From a virus: a stretch of DNA of 64,000 nt. The notes below the pieces were generated by a model. The model was not told the origin of the DNA, ran no database searches, and was given only the letters and a program-made list of their open reading frames with translations. Numbering within the stretch: the first letter of the stretch is position 1; the number at the start of each line of letters is the position of its first letter. This document shows, piece by piece, positions 35,812 to 47,306 of this stretch. Location of the stretch: IMG/VR virus record IMGVR_UViG_3300045988_125802; one strand, written 5' to 3'. The translations under genes were made by a program, and so were the position numbers.

Positions 35812-38800
35812 ATGAGTTGTTTAATTATAACACCAGAAATTAGAGAATTAGCTAAGAAATTTCCTAATGAAACAGAGCAATCAATACTTAACTTAGTTGG
35901 ATTGTGGCAGGAAAAGAATAATAAGTCTATTGAGGATATTCCATTAGGTAGTGAACTCAATGATTTTATTAAGGAGCTTAGAAAGGAAGACCTAATTACT
36001 GCTCTGCCTATCAGTAAATATGTGACTACTGAGGGCTTTCTTACAGAAAGAGGAGAGGAAACTATAGACCCACTTAGCAGTCCTTTTGGTACTCCAAAGG
36101 TTACTTCTGTTGAGGAGCAACAAAAGGTGGACCTACTTTTTGATCCAAGAACAAGAAGAGATAGAGTAACACTTATTGCAAGATTCTTCAGTAATGAAGT
36201 TGATAATGCCTTACAGGAAATAACTGATTCCTTGAAGAGAAGGATTAATGATGTTAGCGGTGTAGAGAAAGAAGAGTTGCAGACTGAACTTAATAGCTTG
36301 GATAGATTCTCTGCTATAGAGAAATACACTCCTGCTGGCATATTCAAGAGAGTAGCTAACATCTTCAATTCTTATGTACAAGATACAGAAGAGGGCAGGG
36401 TACAGCAAGAACTTAATGCAATCAATTCTATGAGAGGTGCAGATAAGTTCTCTGATGAGCAGAAATTAGAAGCTGCCAAGAAGAAAGCTGCTTATAAGAA
36501 TCAGGAGTATAAGAAGATAGTTGATGACCCTTATGTCTATAAGGCTCTTGCTGAGGAAGCAAGTACTTTACTTGTAATGACTGAAGGTATTAGGATAGAC
36601 CCTAACTACATTGCACCTGCTGATGCAAACCTCAATGATGATGACCCTGATGGTAACAGTGAGGTAGATAATGAAGCAGAGGATTGGAGACAAGAAGAGG
36701 CTTATAAGGATGGATGGATGACTAATTTCAGACAGGTAAGTTCACATGAGTCTCTGTCACAAGCTGTAAGAAAAGTAATCAGACAAGTACCCAAACTTGA
36801 CTATAGAGGCAAGTATGAAAAGGATGATTTAGGTTTCACAAGATACCTTGATGCTGACTATGTTCATGCTACTTTCATTGACAAGTTAAGGAACATGATT
36901 AACTCTGATGATATGCTTCCTTTGATGCAGGATTTGCAAAGAATCAAGCCTTGGGTTAAGCAAGTAACCAAGTTACTTCAAGGTGATGAGACTTTGTTCT
37001 CTCAATTCTACCAAGACTTCAGAAAGGACTTTATGCCTTACTGGATTCAAAAGAAGAAGATGATGCCTGATGGTACTTTCAAGATGGAAACTATTGCCAT
37101 CAATAAGCCTGAAGGTGTGTATTACCTCCTTGATGCTTGGAGAGATAACTATGAGAATGGAGTACAGCTTGATGATGATAGTGTATATGAGAAGAATGGG
37201 GAAATAAACAAGGATAATGCAGCTAAAGGTTTACAATGGACTGAGACATTGAACAATATGTTCCAGAACCTTGATACAGAATCCAGACTTCAACTCTTGG
37301 AGAGAGAAGATGTATGGAATACCATAATGAAGTTGCTTCATATGTTAGGTATTGATGCCAATCCTTCTGTATTGAAAACTGCATTAACTGATATAAAGAC
37401 AGCTCCAGGTATCACATTTACTGACCCAATCATGCTTCTTTTACCACAATTGAATGTCATATTTAGTGGTATTAAGAAGGGTGAAGTCAAGTCTGAGACA
37501 AGAGAGGATGGTACTGAGAAGAGAGGAGACCTTATCAATACTTTTGGCTCTGCTTACAATATGATTGCAAGTATGATGGCAGAAGTTACTGAGGATGCTA
37601 TTGAAAGTAGTGTCAGAGAGAATGATAAGTCTTACTATTCTCATGTTACTCCTAACTACTTAGGTAAACTTATTAAGAATCTCAAGAATGTTATGAATGA
37701 CAAGGAGAGATTTGAACAGTTTATGCAGACTGAGTTCAAGGACTATGAGTGGTTCTTTAAGGATGGTCATTGGAGAAATGACTGGCTAAGACAGCTTGCA
37801 GAGTCTGATGAATTGAGAAGAGGTCTTAACCATAAAGTAGTATTGAACTCTGATAAGGTAGACTATACTAATTGGGATGATTTGGACTATACTTTGGCTC
37901 TTCTTACAGAGTATTGGGGAGACCCTGATTCTGCAAAGTCAAGTATAAAGTATGCTTGGTATCATGTTCCTATTCTTTCAGATAGCCCTTCTGCTGAGTT
38001 TATCAGATTCAGAAAGTACACAACAGGTGATGTACTTGATGAAAATGGTAAGAAGAGAACCTATGATGATGTTATTCTTGATAAGTTGGTAGACTTGGTT
38101 AATCAAGAGTATGACAGAATCATGCTGGTTAGAGAAAGGGATGAGGCTTACCAGAGTGGAGATAAGAATGTAGAACCTATTGCAAACCATGATATTGTCA
38201 GAAAGAAAGATGGTAGTATAAAGAGTATGGGAGGTGCAGAATTTAAGTTCCTTCCTGCACTTAACAACCTCAGATATGACAATGGAGAGACATTCATTGA
38301 TAGGCTAAGCAGACTTAAATCCAAAGGTACTGGTGCTGAACTTAGGAACTTCCTAAGAACTACTCTTAATGACATGATGGAAGATGGTTTTGAACAGACC
38401 TATAGAGATTGGATGAGGGTAGGACTTTTGGATGAGCTTCCTAATGGTAAGTACAAGTATCTTCCTTTTGAGGGTCAGTCCAAGCAGAATGCAATAACTG
38501 CAAAGGCACTCATTAAGGCTAAGGATGCCTTAGGTTCATTGTGGAATACCAATATGGAACTGATGCTTAGAGCCTATAACAATAATAGTGCTTTTGATAG
38601 TAGGGAAGCCAATAACCTGATGGAGCAGATTAAGAATTTGCTGACAGATAAGGCAACAAGAGGTGAGATGGAATTGAAAGATGCTCAGTCAATCTCAAGA
38701 AGTCTGTTTGTTAAGAATAATGCTAAGGATGCACTTAGGGAATACTATTGGAACAGTAAGTTAGCTACTTCACAAATTATCCAGCTTACTACTACTGACC

Positions 38801-41800
38801 TTGCCTTCTATAAGAACCTTGAGGACTTTCAGAAGAGATATAAGGAGGTTCATGCTCCTGCCCTTAGGCTGAATACTAAGGCTACTTATAAAGGTGAGAG
38901 AATTGGTAGGGATTGGGAAAGAACCATCTACTTGAAGGATGATGAGATAGTATCTTCTGTACTTGAAGACATCAAGACTGTACTTGATGAAAGGGTTAGA
39001 AGAAATGAAATGACCAAGATAGACAGAGATAATATCATCTACAAGTTTAAGAATGTGAATGTAGCAGATGCTCAGGCATATAGAAGTTTGAGTTCCTATA
39101 GGGCAATACTTGGTATGTCAGGTCAGTGGACAGATGATATGGAGCAAGCATATAACAACTTCAAGAATGGAGATTGGAATATTAAAGACTTCAATATCAT
39201 TTGGCAGACTAAGAAGCCTTATGTTTATACACAAGTCAATAATAACAGTGGCATTGAAGGCCATACTGGAATTAAGACTCCTGTACAGCATAAGAACTCA
39301 GAGTTCCTATTACTTGCTATGCACGAACTAATTGCTGGTCCTTTAGGAAGGTCAGGTAAGCTGAAAGCTATAAATAAGTTTATGGAAGATAATCAGATTG
39401 ATGTAGTTCAGTTTGAATCTACTACTAAGGTTGGAAAACAAGGTGTGATAGATTTGAATGATGTTAATACAGAGGCTGATGTAATTCAAAGACTTAAAGA
39501 TACCACAGGTATTGGATTTGGTAATGAGAATCCTAATGTGGTACATAAGGTATCTTATGAAGATTATGGTATTCAGACTGCAACTCCTGAACATGCTATT
39601 GATGCAGTTCAGTTGGTAGGTACTCAGATTAGAAAGCTAATTACTGCTGACATCTCTGATGACACAATCATTGAGGTTAATGGTAAGAAGATGACTAAGA
39701 AAGAGTGGCTTGACCTGTATAATGCCATCAATACTGAGAATATTCTTCAAGCATTTGCTAATGTAGATAAGATATTCAAAGACCCAAAGAAGGTAGAAGA
39801 AATCTTACTTGAAGAGATAAGAGGTAATCAAAGATATGGTATGGATATGATGAGGGCTTGTACTCTTGATGAGAACAATAACTTCAATATACCTCTCTTT
39901 GACCCTGTACAATCTCAAAGAGTACAGACACTTCTTAATAGTGTAATCAAGAGTGGAACTAAAAAAGTATCAGGTATTACCAAACAGAAGATTAGAGGAG
40001 GAGCTTTAATTCAGGTGTCTGATTATGGCTTGACTGATGAACTTCATATAGTGTTTGAAGGTGAAGGTGCTAACAAGAGGATTAAGTATCTTGAGTGCTA
40101 TATGCCTGCATATAGTAGAGAGTTCTATGAGCCTCTCATGGACCCAAATACTCACCAGCTTGATGTAACTAAACTTCCTGAGGATTTGAGAAAGTTGATT
40201 GGATATAGAGTTCCAACAGAGGATAAGTACTCAATGGCTCCTCTGTATATTAAGGGATTCCTTCCTCAACAGAATGGTTCTGCAATCATGCTTCCTGCTG
40301 AGATTACTACTCTATCAGGTTCTGACTTTGATGTGGATAAGATGTATATCATGTTACCTGAGTTCAGAGTTAAGAAATATGATATGAGACAGGCAAGAGA
40401 AGACTATGCAAGAATGAATAGCTTATTCAATCAAGTATTGTCACAATTCACTCATAGCCAGTTGGCAGAAGATATTCTCAATGCAGATACTGATGACTTT
40501 AAGGAATGGTTCAAGGAGAATAAGGAGAAGTACAGACTTGCCAAGCCTATTATAAGTAAGGTAAAGTATGACTTCAATAAGTCTCCACAGGAGAACAGTC
40601 TTGAGGCAAGAAATAACTTGTTGATAGATATGATGTATGGAGTCCTGACTAATGCAGATACAGCTTCAAAGATTCTTAACCCAGGTGGTTTTGATTATCA
40701 GAAGAAGTCTGCAAGAATAATGACTATTCTCAATGATTCTTATGAGAGTGATTTGGTTAAGGCTCTAAATGAAGGTGGTGTTAAGTTTAATAAGACTATT
40801 AAAAGGGCAGGAAAGGAAATAAAAGCCCCAATATCTTCCTACCTTTTTGACTTGCCATTAGAGTTATCTAATGAGGAAAAAGAGGAAAGGAAGAAGAAAG
40901 GGGAACCTTTCATAAGTCTTACTGAATTAGCAGAGAAAACAAAGGTCAAGATGGACCCATTATCACCAAGAACTCAAGTAATGTTACATCAACAAAACAT
41001 GACTGGTGCTAAGTTGATTGGTATTTATGCCAACCATAATGCAAATCATGCTTTGATGCAACATACTCAGTTAGCTTTGGATGAAGAAAATGGCTCATTT
41101 GTATTGAATGGAAAGAGACTTACATCTTTACATGATATTATGAATGGTGACAAGGAATTTATCTCAAAGAATAATGCTGGATTCTTGGCTGCTTCTGTGG
41201 ATAATGTTAAAGACCTTGTGCTTGCAGCACTTAATCAGAATACTTTCACTGCTGATGCTTCTATGCTTCTTTCAAGATTAGGTTATAATCCTATTGAGAT
41301 AGGTCTGCTAATGATGCAGCCTATTGTACAAGAGATTACTCAGACCTATTTTAGAGAGAGTAGAGAAGGTAAAGGTAAAGATACCATCATTGATGAAGTA
41401 TTGGATAAGTATAAGGAGAAGGCTGCTCTTAATAATGACTTGACTTATGATAACTACAAGAATAATAGCTTCTACATTGAAGAGCTTGCAGATAACATAA
41501 TGTTTGCTAAGGAAGCTGTTACTGACAGGTCTCAGACTTCTGATTTCAGAAAGATTGAGTTCTATCAGAAACAAGTTGCAGTTGGATATTTGTTCAAGAG
41601 AATTATGAACTCTGCTAATGCTTTGGGACAGTTAGTACAGGCTACAAGGTCTGATACCCAAGGAGGTGCTGCTGGTCCTACTATTGCAGATACAGAGTTA
41701 AAGATGCAGAAAGTGAAAGACCTGTTAGACCAAATAGAGGATAATGACAAGTTCCCATTGAAGAATGCCAATGTAATACTTGATGGTCTGTTATCAGACA

Positions 41801-43176
41801 ATCCTGACACTGACACTCTAAGAGAAAGACTATTGTCAGCTCCTCTTCCTTTCTTACAAGCTTTCTATACTCTTGGCTTGCAGAAGACAGAAGAAATGTT
41901 AGGGTCTTATTTCCCTCAATATACTGAATCATTCAGAACTGTAATTGATGACCTTAGAGACATGACTAAGACTGGTAAGTTGAATGTAAAGACTATGAAT
42001 AGTATTTATAATGACCTGCTTGCCTATATCATGTCAAAGAATGGATTCTTTGGTTCTGAATTGATTGTAAACCCTGACTCAGAAGTAGGTGATATTATTG
42101 TAACTTCCTCTGATAAGAGAAAGGATTTCATCAATAACTTCCCTGAATACTTCAAGAGAGTGGTTACAGATAATGAGGATATAGCTGACCTTGAATTTAT
42201 TAAGAGACTCAAGGTAATTAGGGCAAATGACAGTAATCCTGTAGACACAGTAGTGTTTAAGAATGTAGGTCAATTAAGTCCTACTTTGAGAGAAAGATAT
42301 ATGAGGGATTGGGCATCTCTATTATATATGAATAACCCAGAAGCTCAGAAACTTGCTCTTAATCTATTCAGATATAGCTATTATAGAAATGGCTTTGCAT
42401 TTGGACCTTCAACCTTCATCCATTTGGCACCTGTGGCAGTGAGAAATGCTATCCCAGAGTACATAAGTACATTGAGAACTCTCTTGTCATCAAGTGATGA
42501 TTATAGTCAATTTGTAGACCAATATGTCTATAACCACTTGGATAATAGAAAGTTGGTTCCTGAAATCCCTGATACAGCCTCTGTCCAGTTCATAGGAGAG
42601 GATAATGAAGTTAAAGATGAAGTTACATTTGTAATTGATGATAATGCTACCTTTGGAGATAAGAAAGTTATCAAGAAAAGGATAGATACTCCTGATGGTC
42701 CTGCTTATGACTTCTTTAAGTATATAGGCAAGAGAATTAGAGGAAGTTATGTCTATTATAAGCTGGCTTCATTAGGTACTGAACAAACTAATGTTGCAAC
42801 CTATGAAAGGATTGAGCCATTAGGTTTCAGAAACAGCTTCATTGAATATGAGTATGGCAAGGATGTGGAAGAGATGGAAACTGTAATTGATAAGAACAGG
42901 AAAGATTATGACCCTTATGCAGATACATTGTCAAGATTTGACCTTGGAGATGCTGAGGTTGATTATGACTCTATGCCTGATTATCAAGATATGCCTCAGG
43001 AGTATTGGGATTCTATTCCAGAAGTAGATACTGATGCTTTCCAACAGGTATATGGTACTCCTCTTGATACTTCAGCTCCTAAGGCTGATGATGTAACAGC
43101 TATTCAGCCTAATACAGAGTATAAGGATGAGAATGGTGATAGTATTTGTGGTGCTCCAACATTATATAGTTTATAA
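35812..43176 (+). CDS. Giant (2454 aa) protein; candidate virion-packaged two-barrel RNA polymerase of the crAss-like type
   Basis: Uninterrupted 7.4-kb ORF. LSGSDFDVDKMY carries a DxDxD metal-binding motif (40324-40338) like the catalytic loop of two-barrel RNAPs and the crAss-like gp66-type enzyme. Assignment rests on motif, size and context only. Confidence 0.55.
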   Translation: MSCLIITPEIRELAKKFPNETEQSILNLVGLWQEKNNKSIEDIPLGSELNDFIKELRKEDLITALPISKYVTTEGFLTERGEETIDPLSSPFGTPKVTSVEEQQKVDLLFDPRTRRDRVTLIARFFSNEVDNALQEITDSLKRRINDVSGVEKEELQTELNSLDRFSAIEKYTPAGIFKRVANIFNSYVQDTEEGRVQQELNAINSMRGADKFSDEQKLEAAKKKAAYKNQEYKKIVDDPYVYKALAEEASTLLVMTEGIRIDPNYIAPADANLNDDDPDGNSEVDNEAEDWRQEEAYKDGWMTNFRQVSSHESLSQAVRKVIRQVPKLDYRGKYEKDDLGFTRYLDADYVHATFIDKLRNMINSDDMLPLMQDLQRIKPWVKQVTKLLQGDETLFSQFYQDFRKDFMPYWIQKKKMMPDGTFKMETIAINKPEGVYYLLDAWRDNYENGVQLDDDSVYEKNGEINKDNAAKGLQWTETLNNMFQNLDTESRLQLLEREDVWNTIMKLLHMLGIDANPSVLKTALTDIKTAPGITFTDPIMLLLPQLNVIFSGIKKGEVKSETREDGTEKRGDLINTFGSAYNMIASMMAEVTEDAIESSVRENDKSYYSHVTPNYLGKLIKNLKNVMNDKERFEQFMQTEFKDYEWFFKDGHWRNDWLRQLAESDELRRGLNHKVVLNSDKVDYTNWDDLDYTLALLTEYWGDPDSAKSSIKYAWYHVPILSDSPSAEFIRFRKYTTGDVLDENGKKRTYDDVILDKLVDLVNQEYDRIMLVRERDEAYQSGDKNVEPIANHDIVRKKDGSIKSMGGAEFKFLPALNNLRYDNGETFIDRLSRLKSKGTGAELRNFLRTTLNDMMEDGFEQTYRDWMRVGLLDELPNGKYKYLPFEGQSKQNAITAKALIKAKDALGSLWNTNMELMLRAYNNNSAFDSREANNLMEQIKNLLTDKATRGEMELKDAQSISRSLFVKNNAKDALREYYWNSKLATSQIIQLTTTDLAFYKNLEDFQKRYKEVHAPALRLNTKATYKGERIGRDWERTIYLKDDEIVSSVLEDIKTVLDERVRRNEMTKIDRDNIIYKFKNVNVADAQAYRSLSSYRAILGMSGQWTDDMEQAYNNFKNGDWNIKDFNIIWQTKKPYVYTQVNNNSGIEGHTGIKTPVQHKNSEFLLLAMHELIAGPLGRSGKLKAINKFMEDNQIDVVQFESTTKVGKQGVIDLNDVNTEADVIQRLKDTTGIGFGNENPNVVHKVSYEDYGIQTATPEHAIDAVQLVGTQIRKLITADISDDTIIEVNGKKMTKKEWLDLYNAINTENILQAFANVDKIFKDPKKVEEILLEEIRGNQRYGMDMMRACTLDENNNFNIPLFDPVQSQRVQTLLNSVIKSGTKKVSGITKQKIRGGALIQVSDYGLTDELHIVFEGEGANKRIKYLECYMPAYSREFYEPLMDPNTHQLDVTKLPEDLRKLIGYRVPTEDKYSMAPLYIKGFLPQQNGSAIMLPAEITTLSGSDFDVDKMYIMLPEFRVKKYDMRQAREDYARMNSLFNQVLSQFTHSQLAEDILNADTDDFKEWFKENKEKYRLAKPIISKVKYDFNKSPQENSLEARNNLLIDMMYGVLTNADTASKILNPGGFDYQKKSARIMTILNDSYESDLVKALNEGGVKFNKTIKRAGKEIKAPISSYLFDLPLELSNEEKEERKKKGEPFISLTELAEKTKVKMDPLSPRTQVMLHQQNMTGAKLIGIYANHNANHALMQHTQLALDEENGSFVLNGKRLTSLHDIMNGDKEFISKNNAGFLAASVDNVKDLVLAALNQNTFTADASMLLSRLGYNPIEIGLLMMQPIVQEITQTYFRESREGKGKDTIIDEVLDKYKEKAALNNDLTYDNYKNNSFYIEELADNIMFAKEAVTDRSQTSDFRKIEFYQKQVAVGYLFKRIMNSANALGQLVQATRSDTQGGAAGPTIADTELKMQKVKDLLDQIEDNDKFPLKNANVILDGLLSDNPDTDTLRERLLSAPLPFLQAFYTLGLQKTEEMLGSYFPQYTESFRTVIDDLRDMTKTGKLNVKTMNSIYNDLLAYIMSKNGFFGSELIVNPDSEVGDIIVTSSDKRKDFINNFPEYFKRVVTDNEDIADLEFIKRLKVIRANDSNPVDTVVFKNVGQLSPTLRERYMRDWASLLYMNNPEAQKLALNLFRYSYYRNGFAFGPSTFIHLAPVAVRNAIPEYISTLRTLLSSSDDYSQFVDQYVYNHLDNRKLVPEIPDTASVQFIGEDNEVKDEVTFVIDDNATFGDKKVIKKRIDTPDGPAYDFFKYIGKRIRGSYVYYKLASLGTEQTNVATYERIEPLGFRNSFIEYEYGKDVEEMETVIDKNRKDYDPYADTLSRFDLGDAEVDYDSMPDYQDMPQEYWDSIPEVDTDAFQQVYGTPLDTSAPKADDVTAIQPNTEYKDENGDSICGAPTLYSL

Positions 43177-43179
43177 GAT

Positions 43180-46100
43180 ATGGCAAGAAGTTGTGCAATT
43201 ATTCCAAAGGTAAGAAATAGAAATGGTCAGGTAGTGGACAGCAAGTTATTTAAGGACTTGCTGTCCTTCACTTCAAACAATAGAAGTGAGGCTACAAGAT
43301 TGTATCTTATCACAAAAGCTGACTCTTTTATAAGAGATTGGAATCCAAGGCTAACATTAGATGAAAACAATGAACCTACATTGAGGAGTTTGCTAAAGCA
43401 GACTAATCTCAGTAAAGTCATTCCAGAAACTAAGGTACTTGAGAGACTTAATAGGGAGATTGGGTACTATAAGAAAGGAATGGATAGACCAGCTCTATGG
43501 GTAAACAATGATGAGAATTATCAGAAGTTGAAACAAAGGGCTATAGCCTTTAATCAGAACTCAGAGTATAGAGATGATTATGTGGCTAATATAGTTAAGA
43601 TTCAAGACAGTGAATCTCCAAGAGTATTCATTGGAGTAAAGGTTGAGAAAAGAAACAGGCTTAACTCTATTAATGCAGATAAGATGGAATACAATGAAAA
43701 CCTTAATAATAGGTTGAGGGGTATTCTTGAGTCTCATGGAATAGGGATAGGTGCTTTGACTGACCTTGAAAAGAGAATGGGTGTTCATGGTGTGACTGAT
43801 TTTGATGTTGCAAGAAATGCAGCAAATGGTCTTGTTGAAATGATTAGGCTTGCTAATAGTATTCAAGGTGAAAGAGCACTTCCTGAGGAATTTGCACACT
43901 TTGCCATTGAAGCTATGGGAGATAATCCACTTATCACAAGACTTATCAATAATATATCTTCCAATGGACTGGCAAGAGAAATTATAGGTGAGGACTATGA
44001 TACCTATGATACTCTATATCATAGTGATGATACTAAGTTGGCAAAAGAAGCTGCGGGTAAACTACTTGCAAAGCATCTTCTTCAAGGTGAGAATATCCCA
44101 TCTGCTCCTTATAAGAATCTACTGCAAAGAGTAATCCAAGCAGTTAAGAGTTTCTTTAAGAATATTAGTGCAAGTCCTATACAAAGAGCCATGAAGGAGG
44201 CTGACAAGAACTTTGGTTCTTTAGCACAGCAAATACTTAATGGCAGCATGGATGAGGCTATTGATGTTAGCAATATAGCTTCAAATGGGGTATTTTACAG
44301 TACCTCAGAGAGAGTGGCAAGAGATAAGAAGTTACTTCAAGGAATCATTGAGAATGAGTTGAAGAGATTGAAGATTTATGAAAAGAGAAATCCTAATAGC
44401 CAGTTTAGTGCTAATCAAAGGTTACTAATTGATAGATTGGATATTGAATTAGCTGATAACAATGAGATTGAGGGTATTTATACTTTTGTAGAGAATGCTC
44501 TTGAAGAATTGACTAAGGTAAGTGACAGACTTACTATGCTACAGAATACTCCTGCTACTAATGTTAATGAGAGAGCCAGAGTACTAAGAGATGTCAGAAA
44601 CTACTTGTATAGTTACAAGCATATTACTGATGATATTAGGAAGGCTCTTATTGATGAAGAGAAGTATGCAGACAATAGATATGGTCAAAGGGTAAGGGTA
44701 GTATTGGACAACACAACTACATTACTTGGAGACTTGTTTGTAAGGTACAATGAAGTATCAATGCCTCTCTTTGTTGATTTCATTAAACCTTTTGTAGGAG
44801 AGAGCATAACTGTTCCTTTTGGCAAGTTCAAAGGTAAGACTATGACTGCTGAAGACTTGGTTAAGGTAGCTGACAAGGACATATCTTTCTTTGATAGGTG
44901 GCTTGATTCTATGGCAGACTCTTCAGATTATATGCTGAAAGTTATGGACCAAGCTGTCAAGAAGAGTAAAGAAAATGCAAGGTTGGAGACTATCAATGTT
45001 ATGAAGGAGCTTCAAGCTGCTACCATTAAGTTAGAGCAAGCTGGGGTTAAGAGCACTGATTGGATGTTTGAAAGAGACAGTAAAGGTAACCTTACAGGTA
45101 ATTATATCTCTGAGATTAACCAAGGTCTATTCAAGGAGAAAGTCAGGGAAATGTTCAAGTCTCTCAATGAAAAGTATGGTAAGAATCCTGTAGGAGATAA
45201 TGCAGAGAAGTACAGAAAGGAGAGACAAGCTTGGTTTGATGCTAATATGGAGATAGTCAATGGAAAGAAGCAACCTAAAGTATCAATCTATGGCAATAAG
45301 GCTTATCAGAACTTGAATCCTGCCCAGAAAGAGTACTACAACAAGGTTATGGAGATAAAAGCTAAGCTGGATTCATACCTTCCTGACAAGTACACTACCT
45401 TAACTAATGCAGTTAAAATCAGAAAGGACTTACTTGAAAGAGTAAAGGCATCTGATGGTGTAAAGTCAGGTAGTACGCAAGTATGGGAAGCTGTTAAAGA
45501 CCAATTTATTAGAAGGACAGATGACACTGAGTTTGGAGATAGGGCTACAGTAAAGGACTTTGAAGGTAAAGAGGTACAAGTACTTCCTATCTACTATACT
45601 AAGATGAAAGAGGGTGAAAGTCCTAATGACCTATCTACTGATATAGTATCTACTCTCACAGCTTATGCAGCTATGGCTAATGACTTCAATGAAATGAATA
45701 AAGTAATTGATGTTCTTGAGCTTGGTAGGGATATGCTAAAGGAGAGGGAAATTATACAGACAAGAGGTGGTAAACCATTGGTTGAGAAGTTTAAGTCTGT
45801 AGGTAGAAGAGTAGAATCTACTCTCACTAAGTCTGGTGATGAAACAAGATTTATGCAGAGACTAAATGACTTCTTTGAGATGCAGGTCTATGGTAGATAC
45901 ATGGCTGATGAAGGCACATTTGGTAATACTAAAATTGATAAAGGAAAGGTGGCTAACTTTGTTAATAGGATGACTTCTCTTAATACATTAGCTGTCAATG
46001 TACTATCAGGTATTTCCAATGTGGCTACTGGTGGAGTTATGATGAGGATTGAATCTTTCTCTGGAGAGTTCTTTAATGAATCTAATACTCTAAGGGCTGA

Positions 46101-47235
46101 CAGGAACTATGGTCAAGCATTACCTGAGTTCCTTGCAGAGATTGGTAATAGAGTCAAGACAAGTAAACTTGCCTTATGGGATGAATTATTCAATGTATTG
46201 CAGGAATATGAAACTGATGTTAGAGAGGTAAACTTTGATAGAAAGACTTGGTTCAGTAGAATGTTTGGTGCTTCTGCCTTGTTCCTTATGAATAATGCTG
46301 GTGAGCATTGGATGCAGAATAGAACCTCATTAGCACTTGCAGATGCTTATAAAATGAAAGCCCCTGATGGTAAGATAGTATCTCTATGGGATGCTATGGA
46401 AGTGGTTCCTATTGATAAGAATAACAAGAAATTAGGTGCTAAGTTACAGCTAAAGCAAGGTTATACTAAGGAGGATGGGTCTGCATTTACAAGAGATGAT
46501 ATTATAGCATTCAGTAGAAAGTCTGCTGCTATAAATCAGAGAATGCACGGTATTTATAATAAGGCTGACAGAAGTGCAGTACAAAGGTTAGCTGTAGGTA
46601 GAATGGGTGTTATGTTTAGAAAGTGGATTAAGCCATCTCTGAACAGAAGATTCAAGTCTGCCACATATAACTATGACTTGCAAGCATGGACAGAAGGTTA
46701 CTATAATACCACAGGTAGGTTCTTGATGCAGCTTGCTAAGGAATTAAAAGAAGGTCAGTTTGCACTAGCTGCAAATTGGAACCAACTTTCCAAGACTGAG
46801 AAAGCAAATATCAAAAGAGCTGCAACTGAAGTAGGACACTTCTTAGCAGTAGCACTTGTACTTGGTCTTATGGACTGGTCAGATGACAAGGATAGACCTT
46901 GGCTGGCTAAGATGGCAGAATATCAGGCAAGAAGATTATACACTGAATTAGGTTCATTGATTCCTGGACCTCAGATGGTTGGAGAAGGATTGAAGATTAT
47001 AAAGTCTCCTGCTGCTGGCATTAATACTCTTGAGAATACTCTTGATTTAATTGGACTTATGAATCCATTTAATTATGAAGTATTTGCTGGAGAAGATGCT
47101 TTGATACAGTCAGGAAGATATGAAGGGGAGTCTAAGGCAACAAGACTATTCTTTGAATCTCCACTTATTCCAATGAATAGAACCATTTATAGAGGTTTAC
47201 ATCCTGAGGAAGGTATTCCATTCTTCAAGCAATAA
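43180..47235 (+). CDS. Large (1351 aa) protein of unknown function, co-transcribed with the RNAP candidate (possible ejected/cargo virion protein)
   Basis: Starts 4 nt after the previous stop. Hydrophobic segments near the C-terminus. No catalytic motif recognised. Confidence 0.5.
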   Translation: MARSCAIIPKVRNRNGQVVDSKLFKDLLSFTSNNRSEATRLYLITKADSFIRDWNPRLTLDENNEPTLRSLLKQTNLSKVIPETKVLERLNREIGYYKKGMDRPALWVNNDENYQKLKQRAIAFNQNSEYRDDYVANIVKIQDSESPRVFIGVKVEKRNRLNSINADKMEYNENLNNRLRGILESHGIGIGALTDLEKRMGVHGVTDFDVARNAANGLVEMIRLANSIQGERALPEEFAHFAIEAMGDNPLITRLINNISSNGLAREIIGEDYDTYDTLYHSDDTKLAKEAAGKLLAKHLLQGENIPSAPYKNLLQRVIQAVKSFFKNISASPIQRAMKEADKNFGSLAQQILNGSMDEAIDVSNIASNGVFYSTSERVARDKKLLQGIIENELKRLKIYEKRNPNSQFSANQRLLIDRLDIELADNNEIEGIYTFVENALEELTKVSDRLTMLQNTPATNVNERARVLRDVRNYLYSYKHITDDIRKALIDEEKYADNRYGQRVRVVLDNTTTLLGDLFVRYNEVSMPLFVDFIKPFVGESITVPFGKFKGKTMTAEDLVKVADKDISFFDRWLDSMADSSDYMLKVMDQAVKKSKENARLETINVMKELQAATIKLEQAGVKSTDWMFERDSKGNLTGNYISEINQGLFKEKVREMFKSLNEKYGKNPVGDNAEKYRKERQAWFDANMEIVNGKKQPKVSIYGNKAYQNLNPAQKEYYNKVMEIKAKLDSYLPDKYTTLTNAVKIRKDLLERVKASDGVKSGSTQVWEAVKDQFIRRTDDTEFGDRATVKDFEGKEVQVLPIYYTKMKEGESPNDLSTDIVSTLTAYAAMANDFNEMNKVIDVLELGRDMLKEREIIQTRGGKPLVEKFKSVGRRVESTLTKSGDETRFMQRLNDFFEMQVYGRYMADEGTFGNTKIDKGKVANFVNRMTSLNTLAVNVLSGISNVATGGVMMRIESFSGEFFNESNTLRADRNYGQALPEFLAEIGNRVKTSKLALWDELFNVLQEYETDVREVNFDRKTWFSRMFGASALFLMNNAGEHWMQNRTSLALADAYKMKAPDGKIVSLWDAMEVVPIDKNNKKLGAKLQLKQGYTKEDGSAFTRDDIIAFSRKSAAINQRMHGIYNKADRSAVQRLAVGRMGVMFRKWIKPSLNRRFKSATYNYDLQAWTEGYYNTTGRFLMQLAKELKEGQFALAANWNQLSKTEKANIKRAATEVGHFLAVALVLGLMDWSDDKDRPWLAKMAEYQARRLYTELGSLIPGPQMVGEGLKIIKSPAAGINTLENTLDLIGLMNPFNYEVFAGEDALIQSGRYEGESKATRLFFESPLIPMNRTIYRGLHPEEGIPFFKQ

Positions 47236-47260
47236 CATAACAGATAATAATTAGCAGATA

Positions 47261-47306
47261 GGGAGAGTGAGTAGATTAAGCTCTACTCCTCCCCTTATTT
47301 TTTTTT
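47261..47306 (+). terminator. Rho-independent terminator (imperfect G/C-rich stem plus T-run)
   Basis: GGGAGAGTGAGTAG pairs with CTACTCCTCCCC (with bulges), followed by TTATTTTTTTTT. Confidence 0.55.

Noticed and set aside
35808-36368. Antisense ORFs overlapping long sense genes (for example 35808..36368-, 12137..12556-, 12549..12971-, 20996..21457-, 14861..15229-, and the plus-strand ORFs inside 47924-63622)
   Set aside because: Their translations are low-complexity and Ser/Leu/Ile-rich, typical of shadow frames in AT-rich DNA. They lie entirely within ORFs that carry recognisable motifs or uninterrupted multi-kb frames.
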